Counted from the first letter of the stretch, positions 16,877 through 26,596 are shown. The stretch is DNA of 49,500 nucleotides from a virus (IMGVR_UViG_3300020042_002050:1-49500), one strand, 5' to 3'. Program-made: numbers and translations. Notes: generated by a model from the sequence alone, not told the origin.

Positions 16877-17420
16877 CTGCTCAAAATGCAGCGTGTTTAC
16901 AGCGCTTGCTGCCTCTAACAAGAGCCGTAAGACTGGGGCGCATCTGTATAGGAGCTGGTGCCGAGCGTGTGAAAAAGCGCGTAAAGACGCGTGGAGACAC
17001 GCAGACCCAGAACGCCACAACGAGAAGTGCCGCGCATGGGTTAGCGCCAATCCAGAAAAACGCGCTGAAACGTCCCGTAGGTATCGCGCAAATGTACCAC
17101 TAGGAGTAGCGAAAAAGCTGCGCCAAGAGTGGCGTAAAGCAAACCCAGAGCGTGCCAGAGCGCAGGTAAATGCACGGCGTAAATCACTACGTGTAGCAAT
17201 GCCAAAATCGCTCACGGAGTTTGATAGGCTTCACATTTCTGAACTGTACCATTTGGCCCAGTTGCGTAACCTAACTGTCGATCACGTAGTGCCAATAACG
17301 CATCCACTGGTCTGTGGTCTGCATGCGCCGTGGAACCTAGAGTTGTTGCCCGCTACAGAGAACTACCAAAAAAGTAACAAAGCTCCGGGCCTACGCGCTA
17401 TGCGTAAACTGCCCGGATGA
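16866..17420 (+). CDS. HNH homing endonuclease
   Basis: N-terminal CSKC...CRAC; W...NPE repeats; VDHVVP...GLHAPWNL....ENYQKSN; GAGGT SD before GTG. Confidence 0.85.
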   Translation: MDGNCSKCSVFTALAASNKSRKTGAHLYRSWCRACEKARKDAWRHADPERHNEKCRAWVSANPEKRAETSRRYRANVPLGVAKKLRQEWRKANPERARAQVNARRKSLRVAMPKSLTEFDRLHISELYHLAQLRNLTVDHVVPITHPLVCGLHAPWNLELLPATENYQKSNKAPGLRAMRKLPG

Positions 17421-17425
17421 AGTGA

Positions 17426-17527
17426 TTACTTCATCGACTTGGCCTTCATAGCGCATACGCCCATCTTGGCGCACTTAGCTGGAGTAGGGCAGCCCTTGCA
17501 GGGTTTGAACATGATAACTTTTTTCAT
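17426..17527 (-). CDS. 33-aa basic Cys4 micropeptide (absent from ORF track)
   Basis: MKKVIMFKPCKGCPTPAKCAKMGVCAMKAKSMK. Confidence 0.6.
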   Translation of the reverse strand: MKKVIMFKPCKGCPTPAKCAKMGVCAMKAKSMK

Positions 17528-17534
17528 GGTGGTC

Positions 17535-17726
17535 TCACTTCATTTTTGAGGTTGATTTTTTGCCTTCGTACTTCTTTTCCATAGCAGCGTAGGACTTGCC
17601 TTTAGCCATCATTTTCTCTTTGGCTTCCATCATTTTGGACTCGCCCTTACCGAAGGGATTAGCTTTGGCTTTGCTGGCTTTGTTGGTGGCGGTGCGTTGA
17701 CCGCGCATCGGCATTGAGTTCATCAT
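17535..17726 (-). CDS. Lys/Met-rich small basic protein
   Basis: 63 aa; GGAG SD. Confidence 0.7.
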   Translation of the reverse strand: MMNSMPMRGQRTATNKASKAKANPFGKGESKMMEAKEKMMAKGKSYAAMEKKYEGKKSTSKMK

Positions 17727-17746
17727 AGGGTTCTCCAGTTTAAAAG

Positions 17747-17854
17747 TTAACGGTACTTCGCGGTTTTCGCAGCGATCTTTTTAGGTTGCGCTACAAACTG
17801 TTTGCCTTGCGACTTGCCTTCGCGCTTGGCTTTGGTCGTTGCTGCATATTCAGC
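17747..17854 (-). pseudogene. Start-less C-terminal remnant of a small basic phage protein (DUF5872-like, from recollection)
   Basis: AEYAATTKAKREGKSQGKQFVAQPKKIAAKTAKYR*. An in-frame TAA lies a few codons upstream with no start codon between. Confidence 0.6.
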
Positions 17855-18110
17855 AGTTCCATGCTTTTAGTGAGAGAGCTTTGCGAGTGGGCCTACCCTT
17901 TTCGTCCTTCATCGGCCCCGGCATCCCACCCATCCGAGCGCAAAAACTAGCCCTGCGACCCTCATCTGCTTTCGTTTTGGGGTTCGGCGCTGGCGGCTTC
18001 AGTCCGGGTTTACCCGGATTGGCTTTATTATAGGACGCCCGCCCTGCGGCATTCAGACCCCCCTTGGGGTCTTTGCCTTCCTTGCGTGTCCACGCTGGTG
18101 TCTTTGCCAT
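17850..18110 (-). CDS. Small basic protein (DUF6321-like, from recollection)
   Basis: AWTRKEGK.PKGGLNA.GRASYN...RRASFCARM...SLKAWNC. Confidence 0.75.
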   Translation of the reverse strand: MAKTPAWTRKEGKDPKGGLNAAGRASYNKANPGKPGLKPPAPNPKTKADEGRRASFCARMGGMPGPMKDEKGRPTRKALSLKAWNC

Positions 18111-21100
18111 TACTCTTCTCCTCGTGCTTTAGCAATTTCTTCCTGTAGGCGAGTGCGCAAGTCATCTAACTCAGCGTCCAGTGCCTCATAGTCAGGATAG
18201 CCCTTACTGTACTCAGCACGCTTGGCTTTTGCAATAGCGGTATTGAACTCGCGCTTAAGATTTTTGACTTCTTTGCGCTGGTAGAAAGCAGACTCATCCA
18301 CGTTGAACTGGTACAGGCCAAGGCCACCCAAGTTGCGTGCAAGGAACAACGCACTCTTTTCTACACCTGTTGGGCCAGTAGCACCCTCGGCCAAATCGCC
18401 TATGTTTTTCCAGAAGTTGGCGTTGACCGCTGCTGGAGCCATGGTGTTATATACAGCCTTGCCCGTATTAACCAGCTTATCCCACTGAGTATCTGTAGGA
18501 TCGTGCATAGGCTTGCCGGTAAACGGATCGTAGCCATTCATAGCCGACAGCAATGTTGTCAGAGGGCCGCTAGGCGTTGCAAAACCGGGCACCCAATCCT
18601 GCCCTGCCAGTTTGGATTCGCCGGGAGGCGGCTGGAACAGGGTGAACATGGGGATGTACTTACCAAGGTTAAAGTACACGGGGTTCTCATCGTCGCCAAG
18701 GAACGGCAAGCGCATGTGCATGTACGGGCCCAAGCCACCCCACGCACGATCACGCAGGTAGTCCGGTGCCATTTTGCGCTTCTCTTCTTCCTCTTCACCG
18801 CCAAGTGCAGCCTGCATCAGCGCGTAGGTCATCAAGACGTTTGCCATAGCCCAAGGCTTCTCAATCGCGATACGGCCAAGTACCGGCATGATGGCGTAAG
18901 ACCACGAGATAAACGGCATGAACGACTGGCGCATTGCGCGAATTGCACGGGCATCAATATCGTAGTCCAAGAACATCTTGCGGCCAGCAAGGCCAGCTTC
19001 TTCAAGCTGCTTCGCGTCAAGGCTCTTGGAACCGTCACGCAGTTGGATGTTGCCAGCAGTATTCAGGAACGCGGCCAAGCGGAAGACGTTATCTTCTGCT
19101 GCGTATATCTCTGAAGCCTTGTTGTCGTATTTAGCCAGTTGGGCTTTGGCCCGCTCGTACGAACTAAACGTCTTCAGCTTGGTTATGTACGAACTGTCGC
19201 TGTCTGGTGTGATGGCTTGGTTCAGCTTGTCGTAGACGGTCTTCTTGACCTCAGAGCTAGAGAACTGCCCAAGCACAGCACCGGAGGCGTAGAACGCCTT
19301 CATCAGAGCCAGATTCTCTTTGCTCATGTTGTCAGGGTTCATCTCAAAATCCAGATACAGCTTAGCCGCGCGACCCATGGCGGTAGGCGTAATGCCGTGC
19401 AAGATGGACAGCGTTACGTTGGACAAGATGTTGGTGACGTGCGTGCCGGGGTTGTAGACAGTCTTGGACTTCTTAAAGAAAGCCATGACATCGTTGAACG
19501 CTTGGATGTTCACCAGCGGCGCACGATCGTGCATGTCGAGCATGGAGTTCCACACAGGGCCGGGGACGATCTTGCCAGCCAGAGGGCCGTATGTTCCGCT
19601 AGTTGGCAACTTGACCCAAACGCCAGTGCGCTGTGCTCTCCAGCGAATTTGCGGAGACTTAGACGACTCATCAGACACTTCGAGCAACTTCTCATTCGAG
19701 GTTTTTGCGTCGGGGTATGTAGCGTTAAGCTCGTTAACATCGTTAAACGCGATCGTGCCAGAAGTGGCTTTACCGTCTTCACGGCCAATGTTTGCTATGC
19801 CACCCAAGAAGTTGCGGCTAGCGAAAGTGTGCGCTAGGGCAGCTGTAGTGTTGAGAAGTGCAGCAGACAATTCTTCGGTGGTCAGCTGACGACGTGCGTC
19901 GCTAGTCGTAGCTTTGCTGGAGGTGAACTGGTATGCGCCTTCTTTGTACTGCGACATCTTCCATACACGGCTCTCGTCGACTTTGACGCCAGCTGGCACA
20001 AGACCATCCTTAAACTTCTCTGCGGAGATAAAGCCAAACGGAATAGTTTGCCCGCCCTTATCCTCAAACACTTGGTACAGGGGGTCGTTAATATCGACAC
20101 GGCCATCGGCGTCTTCCTTGAGCCAATCCTTGAACTCATCCAGCGAAGTTTCTCCACGGCGCTCAATGCCGAGCATAGAGGACAACTTTTGAACGCCAAA
20201 CGTAGAGCCAGCCACTTGGCCGATGCTATCGGGATGCAACAGGTACTGCGAGAACTTGACGTTCTGGAACACCCTGCGCTCTGGGGAGTTAGCTGGCAGC
20301 GACTCAATGTACTGAGTCATCAGCGTTTGCAAGTTCTCAGCAATGGCTTTGAATGCAGAGCCGTTCTTGATACCGTCCAGTGCTTTGCTGTTGCCGTCCA
20401 TGAAGTCGAGGAACGGCTTAGCTAACTCAGGGTGGTTGGCAAGGTGCTGGGCGATACGCTCCATCTGCAAATAGCCGGTGTTCTGCATGTACTTGAAGCG
20501 CTCGATGAGGTCGTTGACCAGTGAGCCGTTGCTAAACTTCGAGTTAAAATTCAGGATCATGCGCTCCAGCGTCGGCACGTTCTTGCGAATGTACTCGGCA
20601 ACCTTAACGCCAGATTCCTTAATCATGGAAGTAATGGGCAGGTCTTTGCCATTGACGCGGCCAAGGCCAATCAACTCAAAAGCAACTTGCGTAGGTGTCT
20701 TAAACCCACCGGGGCCTTTAGCAAATGCAGCAGCGTCTGCCCAGCCAGCCTCTTGGGCCACTGTGTCATTACTCTGCACAGCAGCTTCTAAGATGTTGTT
20801 TGAGTTGGGGTCATAGGTACCCCTGTTGAACACAGACTTGATTTGGTTCGGCTCAAAAGCAATGTAGATCGTATCGGTTGGTATGCTCTTACCGCTAATT
20901 TTTGCTATAGCTTTGTCAAACAGAGAAGGCGCTCGCTTGCCGTCGTAAGTGTTTTTAATAATTACGCCATCGTGCCCACCCTTTATGGCGCGGTCGATTA
21001 TGCTGGCGTAAGGTTCGTCGCGAAACGATTTGCCTTTTTGGTCAACAACGAGAGGATTTTGCAGGCTCAGGTACACCGGCATAATGTTTTGCCGCATTTC

Positions 21101-24100
21101 GCTAAATGTTACAAACGCTTCTTCCGCGCCAGCCAGTTCTTCTTTTGCGGCTTTAGTTTCTGTTTCGTTGTTTGTTTTTTCAGCAGCTAGCAATTTTTGT
21201 TTCTTGTCCTCAACATAAGCAAGAAAGTTAGCGTAGGACTGGTCAGCTGTAAGACTTTTTGACCTATTGGAAATTTGAGCAAAGCGTTCTGCTATTTCAG
21301 AACTGCCGCCGAAGAAAAATCCCTTTTTTGCCGAAGCAACCATTGTGGACTTTCCAAGCTCTGCTTTACTAAACTCGCTAAAGTCAGCCGTAGTCCCGTG
21401 GTACACAACGATAGGATTACCATTGGAATCAACAACCTTACTGTCACCAAACCAACGTTTGAACGCAGAAGTAGCTGTGTCTACAGCGTCTTCAAGGATA
21501 TTCCCGACGTTCTTTTCTGGTTTTACTTTGCTGGCTTTCTCAAGCAATGCAAGGCTGCTGTCCAGCACATCGGAAGCGACTGTATTTGGTCTGTCCAGCA
21601 TCCGAGCCATGGCGGCTTTGATGTAGCGCCACACGCTGTTGACTGAATCTCGGAATGACTGAGGAACGCCCTTAGACGGCATGGCTTCCAGTGCCTTGCG
21701 GAACTCGTTGAGCGTTGTGCCGTAGGAGACCAGTTCAAGAACAGCATCGAGTTCGTTCTTGTCAGCAACCAGCTTCTTAAGCAGGTCTTGTACTTCCTTG
21801 GCCTTGCCAGTCAGTTGACCTTTGTAGTCAACGACAGCTTTGAGCGAACGCTTCAGCTGCATGACCATTGGGTCTTTTGGATTATTGTAGATAAACGACT
21901 GCAACGCCGCGTGCAGCGCTTCGTGCAAAACTACCTCTGGGGACTCGTTTTTGCGCAGGTAGACCGTGTTGGTCTTTGGGTCGAACCGTGCATTACCTTC
22001 GCTGATGAACTTCAGCTTCACAGTGCTCATCTGGTCGTTTACGACATCACGGAGAACACCAGACAACATACGCTCAAACGGCGTGCCAGAGTTACGGATG
22101 TATTGCAGTACGCCTTTCAGCCCAGTAAAAGTTTCGCCTTGACCTTTAGGGTTAGCAACACCTTCGGTAGCTGCTCTTTCCAGAGGTGATATTTCGCCAG
22201 CTTGCTCGCGTGCTACGCGTACGGAGCCGCCACGGACATCGGCAAGATCAACTCGGGCGTTCATAAAGGTTTCACGCTTTGCCGCTGCCCATGCCTGTGA
22301 AAGCATGGTGTCTAGTTTTTTGCCAGCTTGAATTACTTCAGCGCGTGTTTTGCCGGGGGCCACAATCTTACCCTGCACCATGTCTTTGACAAGGCGAACC
22401 ACGGCTTCGATATTCTTGGCGTTACCGCCGACAGCCTCACCAAGCTCAGCAAGAGCCGCCTGCACATTGGCTGCTTGGGCTTCTGCACCGGAAACTTGTT
22501 CTTCCGCAAACTGCCCAGCAGTTTTTGACTTGGGGATTTTGTTGCGGCGAGACAACACTTGACCACCTTGGTCAGAGTACTTCTTATACGCTTCGGTAAA
22601 GTTGTTCAGTGCATTGACAATACGCTGCTCATTCTCACCAGCGCCAACGCCAACTTTGCCAGACGGACGCAGCAGTGCGTCACGGATTTTCTTAAGCATT
22701 TCAGTGCTAATCGACGAACGACCGGGGGCCCGAACGCTCTCAGAACCACGTACAGAGGCGGGTAGTGGGTTACCAACATCAGCTTTGTCAGCGTCTTCGA
22801 TTAGTTTAAGCAGCGCCTTGTCTTCTTCAGCAGTTACTTCTGCGGAAACTGAGGCGGCTGGTGCTTGCGCTCGTTGCGTTTTTGTTTCGACGGTTTTAGG
22901 GGCTTGAGTGCCAAGTGGTGCTCCAGTAGTTGCGGGGGTAGAAGAAACGCCTGCTGCACCCGTTGCAGCAGGCAAAGCGGCGGCAACTGCGTTTGATGCG
23001 CCGACAGGAGTAACAGGTTGTGCAGCGGGAATTCCACTACGTTGTGATGCACGGTCAACGATCCGCTGGATGATTGCAGCTACATTGCGGCGATCAGAAT
23101 CAGTCTCAGCAATATCGAATACAGCCTTGGCCTGCCGTACCGCGCGGTTCTCCTCCGGCGTAAGGTCTACGCCAATCGGGATGGAGGGAGCGGCAATGGG
23201 GGCTGGCGCTGCGGGAGCCTCAGCCACTACGGGGGCTGCAACTGGCGCGGGTTCTGTCGCTGCTGGCTCGATAACTCCCATGGGAGCGGTAGGCAACAAA
23301 TTCTCAACCGGCCCCGGCGCATCCCGTTGCGTGCTAGGTTTTCCCTGTGGGTATGCACCGCCGCGTGGGCCAATCATTTCCTGCTGCTGGGCCAGACCGC
23401 CGAATGCTTGCATGGCAAGGCCTTCGACACCAGCCTTTGTGCGCTCAGAAATCTTGTCGTCCGTCCGTACACGGTCGAACAACTCAGCGATTTGTGGCTG
23501 CTGTGCCGGATCAGCCATGTCTTTGCCAAGCAACTGGCGATACATAGGCGACTGCCGTGGCAACCCAAGCCCATCCAGTAGTTCCGCAGTAATACGTGTT
23601 TGGAAGCTAGGCTCAGCAGGGGCAAACAAGTCCCCTTGCTGCTCATCGACAAAAGGCGTAGGAGCTACGCCGCCACCGCCAAACAGGTCAATCTGCTCAC
23701 CTTGGACGGGGGCTGGAGGGGCCATGCCACCACGGGTATCAAACAAACCGCGCTGGACAATTGGCTCAAACTCTGAATCTGCCAACGCCTGTGGCCTACG
23801 ATTCTGAATCTGTGTCAGACGCTGCTCCGCCTGCGCGGGAGTCATCAGAACATTGCTACCGCCTGTGAGATCAGTTTCCCCGTCTATGCCTGTAAGCGGC
23901 TGGTCAGACGTAATAGTGCCATCTGGCTGGATGGTGACTGTGGGTTCTTGGCGTGTTCCGGCAAGCGAAGACAGGCCAGCGCGTATAGCGCCACCCCCGA
24001 GGAAACTCTTAGCTCCCGCAACGCCGTACTCACTCAAAGCCTCGGGGCTTGTAAGGTCAGCAGTCTGGCCGGATACGCCGTACCGCTCAAGCGCGGTCTG

Positions 24101-24832
24101 TGGAAGCTCTGTAACAAGTTCTTCGATACCGCCTCTGGCAAACTGTTTGGCTGCATTCTTTGTAAAACCTGTGCCGACTAAACGCCGCAAGAACTCAGTG
24201 CCTTCGCCAGCTACTTTAAGCGCTAAGCGCTCAGGCCCGCCAAAGCGCTCCAGCAGCGCCGCAGGGATGGTAACTGCCAGTGCGCGACCACGCTCGTCAA
24301 TGCCCTTCTCGCGCTGCTCAGAGCGGATACCGCCGTAGGTTTGTGCAGCTACGGGTGCAAGACCACCAAGAAATCCACCAACAAGCGCACCGGGAGGGCC
24401 AGCGATAAGACCACCCGCCAATGCACCCGCCGCGCGACCACCCAAGGCCAAGCCCACTTGCGGGATTACTTCGCCGACAGCCTCACGAGTCGTGGTAAAT
24501 GGGCGAGACAGCACATCGCCAAAGGAGCGAATTTCGCTTGGGTTGCGTTGCACCACACCAGTACCGTACTGTTCAACGGCACCGCCAATATCTTCAGCAC
24601 CTAGGTCACGCAAGGTAGAACCAACACCAGACACAAACTGACCAGAAGCCCGTGCAATATCTGAGGTAAACCCCGGAGAGCTAGTTGGCCTAGTAGGCGC
24701 AGGAGCAGATGGAGCGTAGTAGCTATCTGGGAGAATACCCGAGCCAAAAATAGAAGTATTAGCCTCGGCACCACCAAGGCCACGTTTCTTCCGGTCAGCT
24801 GGCTCAGGCACTAGGCCGCTAAAGTAGTCCAT
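18110..24832 (-). CDS. Giant internal virion / polyvalent protein with zincin and ADP-ribosyltransferase-like domains
   Basis: Gly-zipper hydrophobic N-region; HEALH (21911-21925); ART-PolyVal-type FKRWFGDSKVVD..G.P.VVYHGT...PVYL...NP...GHDGVII.N...F.PNQIKS; LPD38-like C-terminus (FMPFISW.Y, G.DPFTGKP). Last large gene of the ejection cluster. Confidence 0.8.
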   Translation of the reverse strand: MDYFSGLVPEPADRKKRGLGGAEANTSIFGSGILPDSYYAPSAPAPTRPTSSPGFTSDIARASGQFVSGVGSTLRDLGAEDIGGAVEQYGTGVVQRNPSEIRSFGDVLSRPFTTTREAVGEVIPQVGLALGGRAAGALAGGLIAGPPGALVGGFLGGLAPVAAQTYGGIRSEQREKGIDERGRALAVTIPAALLERFGGPERLALKVAGEGTEFLRRLVGTGFTKNAAKQFARGGIEELVTELPQTALERYGVSGQTADLTSPEALSEYGVAGAKSFLGGGAIRAGLSSLAGTRQEPTVTIQPDGTITSDQPLTGIDGETDLTGGSNVLMTPAQAEQRLTQIQNRRPQALADSEFEPIVQRGLFDTRGGMAPPAPVQGEQIDLFGGGGVAPTPFVDEQQGDLFAPAEPSFQTRITAELLDGLGLPRQSPMYRQLLGKDMADPAQQPQIAELFDRVRTDDKISERTKAGVEGLAMQAFGGLAQQQEMIGPRGGAYPQGKPSTQRDAPGPVENLLPTAPMGVIEPAATEPAPVAAPVVAEAPAAPAPIAAPSIPIGVDLTPEENRAVRQAKAVFDIAETDSDRRNVAAIIQRIVDRASQRSGIPAAQPVTPVGASNAVAAALPAATGAAGVSSTPATTGAPLGTQAPKTVETKTQRAQAPAASVSAEVTAEEDKALLKLIEDADKADVGNPLPASVRGSESVRAPGRSSISTEMLKKIRDALLRPSGKVGVGAGENEQRIVNALNNFTEAYKKYSDQGGQVLSRRNKIPKSKTAGQFAEEQVSGAEAQAANVQAALAELGEAVGGNAKNIEAVVRLVKDMVQGKIVAPGKTRAEVIQAGKKLDTMLSQAWAAAKRETFMNARVDLADVRGGSVRVAREQAGEISPLERAATEGVANPKGQGETFTGLKGVLQYIRNSGTPFERMLSGVLRDVVNDQMSTVKLKFISEGNARFDPKTNTVYLRKNESPEVVLHEALHAALQSFIYNNPKDPMVMQLKRSLKAVVDYKGQLTGKAKEVQDLLKKLVADKNELDAVLELVSYGTTLNEFRKALEAMPSKGVPQSFRDSVNSVWRYIKAAMARMLDRPNTVASDVLDSSLALLEKASKVKPEKNVGNILEDAVDTATSAFKRWFGDSKVVDSNGNPIVVYHGTTADFSEFSKAELGKSTMVASAKKGFFFGGSSEIAERFAQISNRSKSLTADQSYANFLAYVEDKKQKLLAAEKTNNETETKAAKEELAGAEEAFVTFSEMRQNIMPVYLSLQNPLVVDQKGKSFRDEPYASIIDRAIKGGHDGVIIKNTYDGKRAPSLFDKAIAKISGKSIPTDTIYIAFEPNQIKSVFNRGTYDPNSNNILEAAVQSNDTVAQEAGWADAAAFAKGPGGFKTPTQVAFELIGLGRVNGKDLPITSMIKESGVKVAEYIRKNVPTLERMILNFNSKFSNGSLVNDLIERFKYMQNTGYLQMERIAQHLANHPELAKPFLDFMDGNSKALDGIKNGSAFKAIAENLQTLMTQYIESLPANSPERRVFQNVKFSQYLLHPDSIGQVAGSTFGVQKLSSMLGIERRGETSLDEFKDWLKEDADGRVDINDPLYQVFEDKGGQTIPFGFISAEKFKDGLVPAGVKVDESRVWKMSQYKEGAYQFTSSKATTSDARRQLTTEELSAALLNTTAALAHTFASRNFLGGIANIGREDGKATSGTIAFNDVNELNATYPDAKTSNEKLLEVSDESSKSPQIRWRAQRTGVWVKLPTSGTYGPLAGKIVPGPVWNSMLDMHDRAPLVNIQAFNDVMAFFKKSKTVYNPGTHVTNILSNVTLSILHGITPTAMGRAAKLYLDFEMNPDNMSKENLALMKAFYASGAVLGQFSSSEVKKTVYDKLNQAITPDSDSSYITKLKTFSSYERAKAQLAKYDNKASEIYAAEDNVFRLAAFLNTAGNIQLRDGSKSLDAKQLEEAGLAGRKMFLDYDIDARAIRAMRQSFMPFISWSYAIMPVLGRIAIEKPWAMANVLMTYALMQAALGGEEEEEKRKMAPDYLRDRAWGGLGPYMHMRLPFLGDDENPVYFNLGKYIPMFTLFQPPPGESKLAGQDWVPGFATPSGPLTTLLSAMNGYDPFTGKPMHDPTDTQWDKLVNTGKAVYNTMAPAAVNANFWKNIGDLAEGATGPTGVEKSALFLARNLGGLGLYQFNVDESAFYQRKEVKNLKREFNTAIAKAKRAEYSKGYPDYEALDAELDDLRTRLQEEIAKARGEE

Positions 24833-24867
24833 CTATATTCCTCATGTAGCGCCATAATGGCCCTAGT

Positions 24868-26595
24868 TTAGCGGATATTGCGCTCAAATCTTTGCAGCGC
24901 AACTGCATCAGCTGTTGGAAGTTGGCTACGAACAGCGTCATACTTACGGCTCATTTCAATGGGGCTGAGTACCTTAGAATCCTCCGCAAACTGCGTTGAC
25001 AAAGCCTGTTGTTTCTGCGCCGCTGCGGCAGTAGTAGCCCGTTGCGTAACCAGACCCTGTTCCCTAGCTGCCGCAGCCCGACCTGCTGGGGAATTAGCTG
25101 GAGGGACATACGCAGCGGGAGCAGCGGCAGGAGCAGCTGGGGCAGCAGGAGCAGCAGGGACGAAACTAGGCGGCAGAGTGACACCAGCTTGCTTCGCCAA
25201 GCCAACAATAGTTTCATCGCCAACCCCAGCGTCTTGCAACTGTTTAATAGCAGCTGGCAAATCGTTTTTAGAGTTTGCTGTTTTTAAGCCTCTAACGATG
25301 GTTGTATTACGCTGCTTCAGGGCTTCACCTTTAAACAACTCAGTAATTGCAAGCTGTGCCTCTGCTAGTGCTTTTGGCGAATCATTTCCCTTAACGCTAG
25401 CAGTAATAGCTTCCAGCCGCGCAGCAGCTTCTGGGGACAACTTCTCCTGCTTAATACCGGCCATAGCCCTAACGTCTTCTGGAGATACTTCAATACCGAG
25501 TCTTCCCAGTGTTGCAAGATTTTTCTCGATAGAGCTTTTGCCAGCATCCCTAGTTTGCGCGTCAGAAGCACGAATGGCAGCGCGGTCTCTGTCCATAGCC
25601 AGTTTGTTTTTCTCCAAATTCATCGTGTAGTCAATAATGGTTGCAGGCGATACGGCAGCAGTGTTCAAGTATTTTATGGTCTCAGCCTCGTTGCCAGAAA
25701 ACACGTTTGGTTGAATTACTTTACCAGTGGTGGTGTCCACACGGTTGAGTGATAGAGCGCCACCTTTGCCTCGAATTATTTCAAAGTGCGAGTTGGGGTC
25801 AAGATCATTACTCTCTTTATGAGCCTTTAACAAACCATCTAGCCCTTGATTTTTAACCAGTTTCTCGACTCGCTGCGCAGACGCTTTAAACTCTTGCTCG
25901 GCAATCCCAGTGAGATTTGACGCAACTTTAAACTGCTCTTCCACGCCCATACCCAACTCCTGCACTTTGGTATTAATAGCCGTAAAGTCAGCTGTTGGGT
26001 TCTTAGAACGCCATGAGTTAAAGTCGTCCATGCGTACTCTTGCCGCCTGTGTCCTAGTCGCGTCTTCGATCTGCAAGCCTGTAAGCGTTTGCCGCGTTGA
26101 GAATTCCTGCCCCGCTCGGAGTTCGCCAGCTGCGGCTCGACCTTCGGCGGCAAGAGCACGTTGTTGTTCATACGCTCGAGTTTCCAGCGCATCGGCTTTC
26201 TCAACGTCACCATACCGGCGATACACACCCGCAAGGCCTTCGGCTCGCAGTGGGGCGGCAGCTTGACGGGCTTCTTGGCGGGTGGCGAAGTTCTGAGCAC
26301 CGCTGGCTACAGAATAGTCAGGGGCTTCCAAGCCGATACGGCGGCTTAGCTCAGACATTGCAGGGGTGTATTGATCGAGAACTCGTTGACGTTCTTCAGG
26401 ACTAGCTTGTTCGCCTAATGTTTGCAAGGCTTGGTCACGAGCACTGATGACTTGTTGTAGATTTTCACTAAGGCCTTGACCATAAGCGCCTTCAGTGACG
26501 TTGTAGCGTTCGGATTCTTGCGCTAAGTCTCTAGCTTTTTTGGCATCAGCGATACCTTCAAGCCCTTTGCCGATGTTGTTCCAATTTAGGCGCAT
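24868..26595 (-). CDS. Putative ejection/internal virion protein
   Basis: 575 aa, helical, Ala/Gln-rich; lies between pilot and giant protein genes. Confidence 0.6.
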   Translation of the reverse strand: MRLNWNNIGKGLEGIADAKKARDLAQESERYNVTEGAYGQGLSENLQQVISARDQALQTLGEQASPEERQRVLDQYTPAMSELSRRIGLEAPDYSVASGAQNFATRQEARQAAAPLRAEGLAGVYRRYGDVEKADALETRAYEQQRALAAEGRAAAGELRAGQEFSTRQTLTGLQIEDATRTQAARVRMDDFNSWRSKNPTADFTAINTKVQELGMGVEEQFKVASNLTGIAEQEFKASAQRVEKLVKNQGLDGLLKAHKESNDLDPNSHFEIIRGKGGALSLNRVDTTTGKVIQPNVFSGNEAETIKYLNTAAVSPATIIDYTMNLEKNKLAMDRDRAAIRASDAQTRDAGKSSIEKNLATLGRLGIEVSPEDVRAMAGIKQEKLSPEAAARLEAITASVKGNDSPKALAEAQLAITELFKGEALKQRNTTIVRGLKTANSKNDLPAAIKQLQDAGVGDETIVGLAKQAGVTLPPSFVPAAPAAPAAPAAAPAAYVPPANSPAGRAAAAREQGLVTQRATTAAAAQKQQALSTQFAEDSKVLSPIEMSRKYDAVRSQLPTADAVALQRFERNIR

Positions 26596-26596
26596 A

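Noticed and set aside
22908-25630. Long + strand ORFs (22908-23807, 24878-25630) and similar antisense ORFs
   Set aside because: They are shadows of Ala/Pro-rich - strand genes, with no motifs or RBS.
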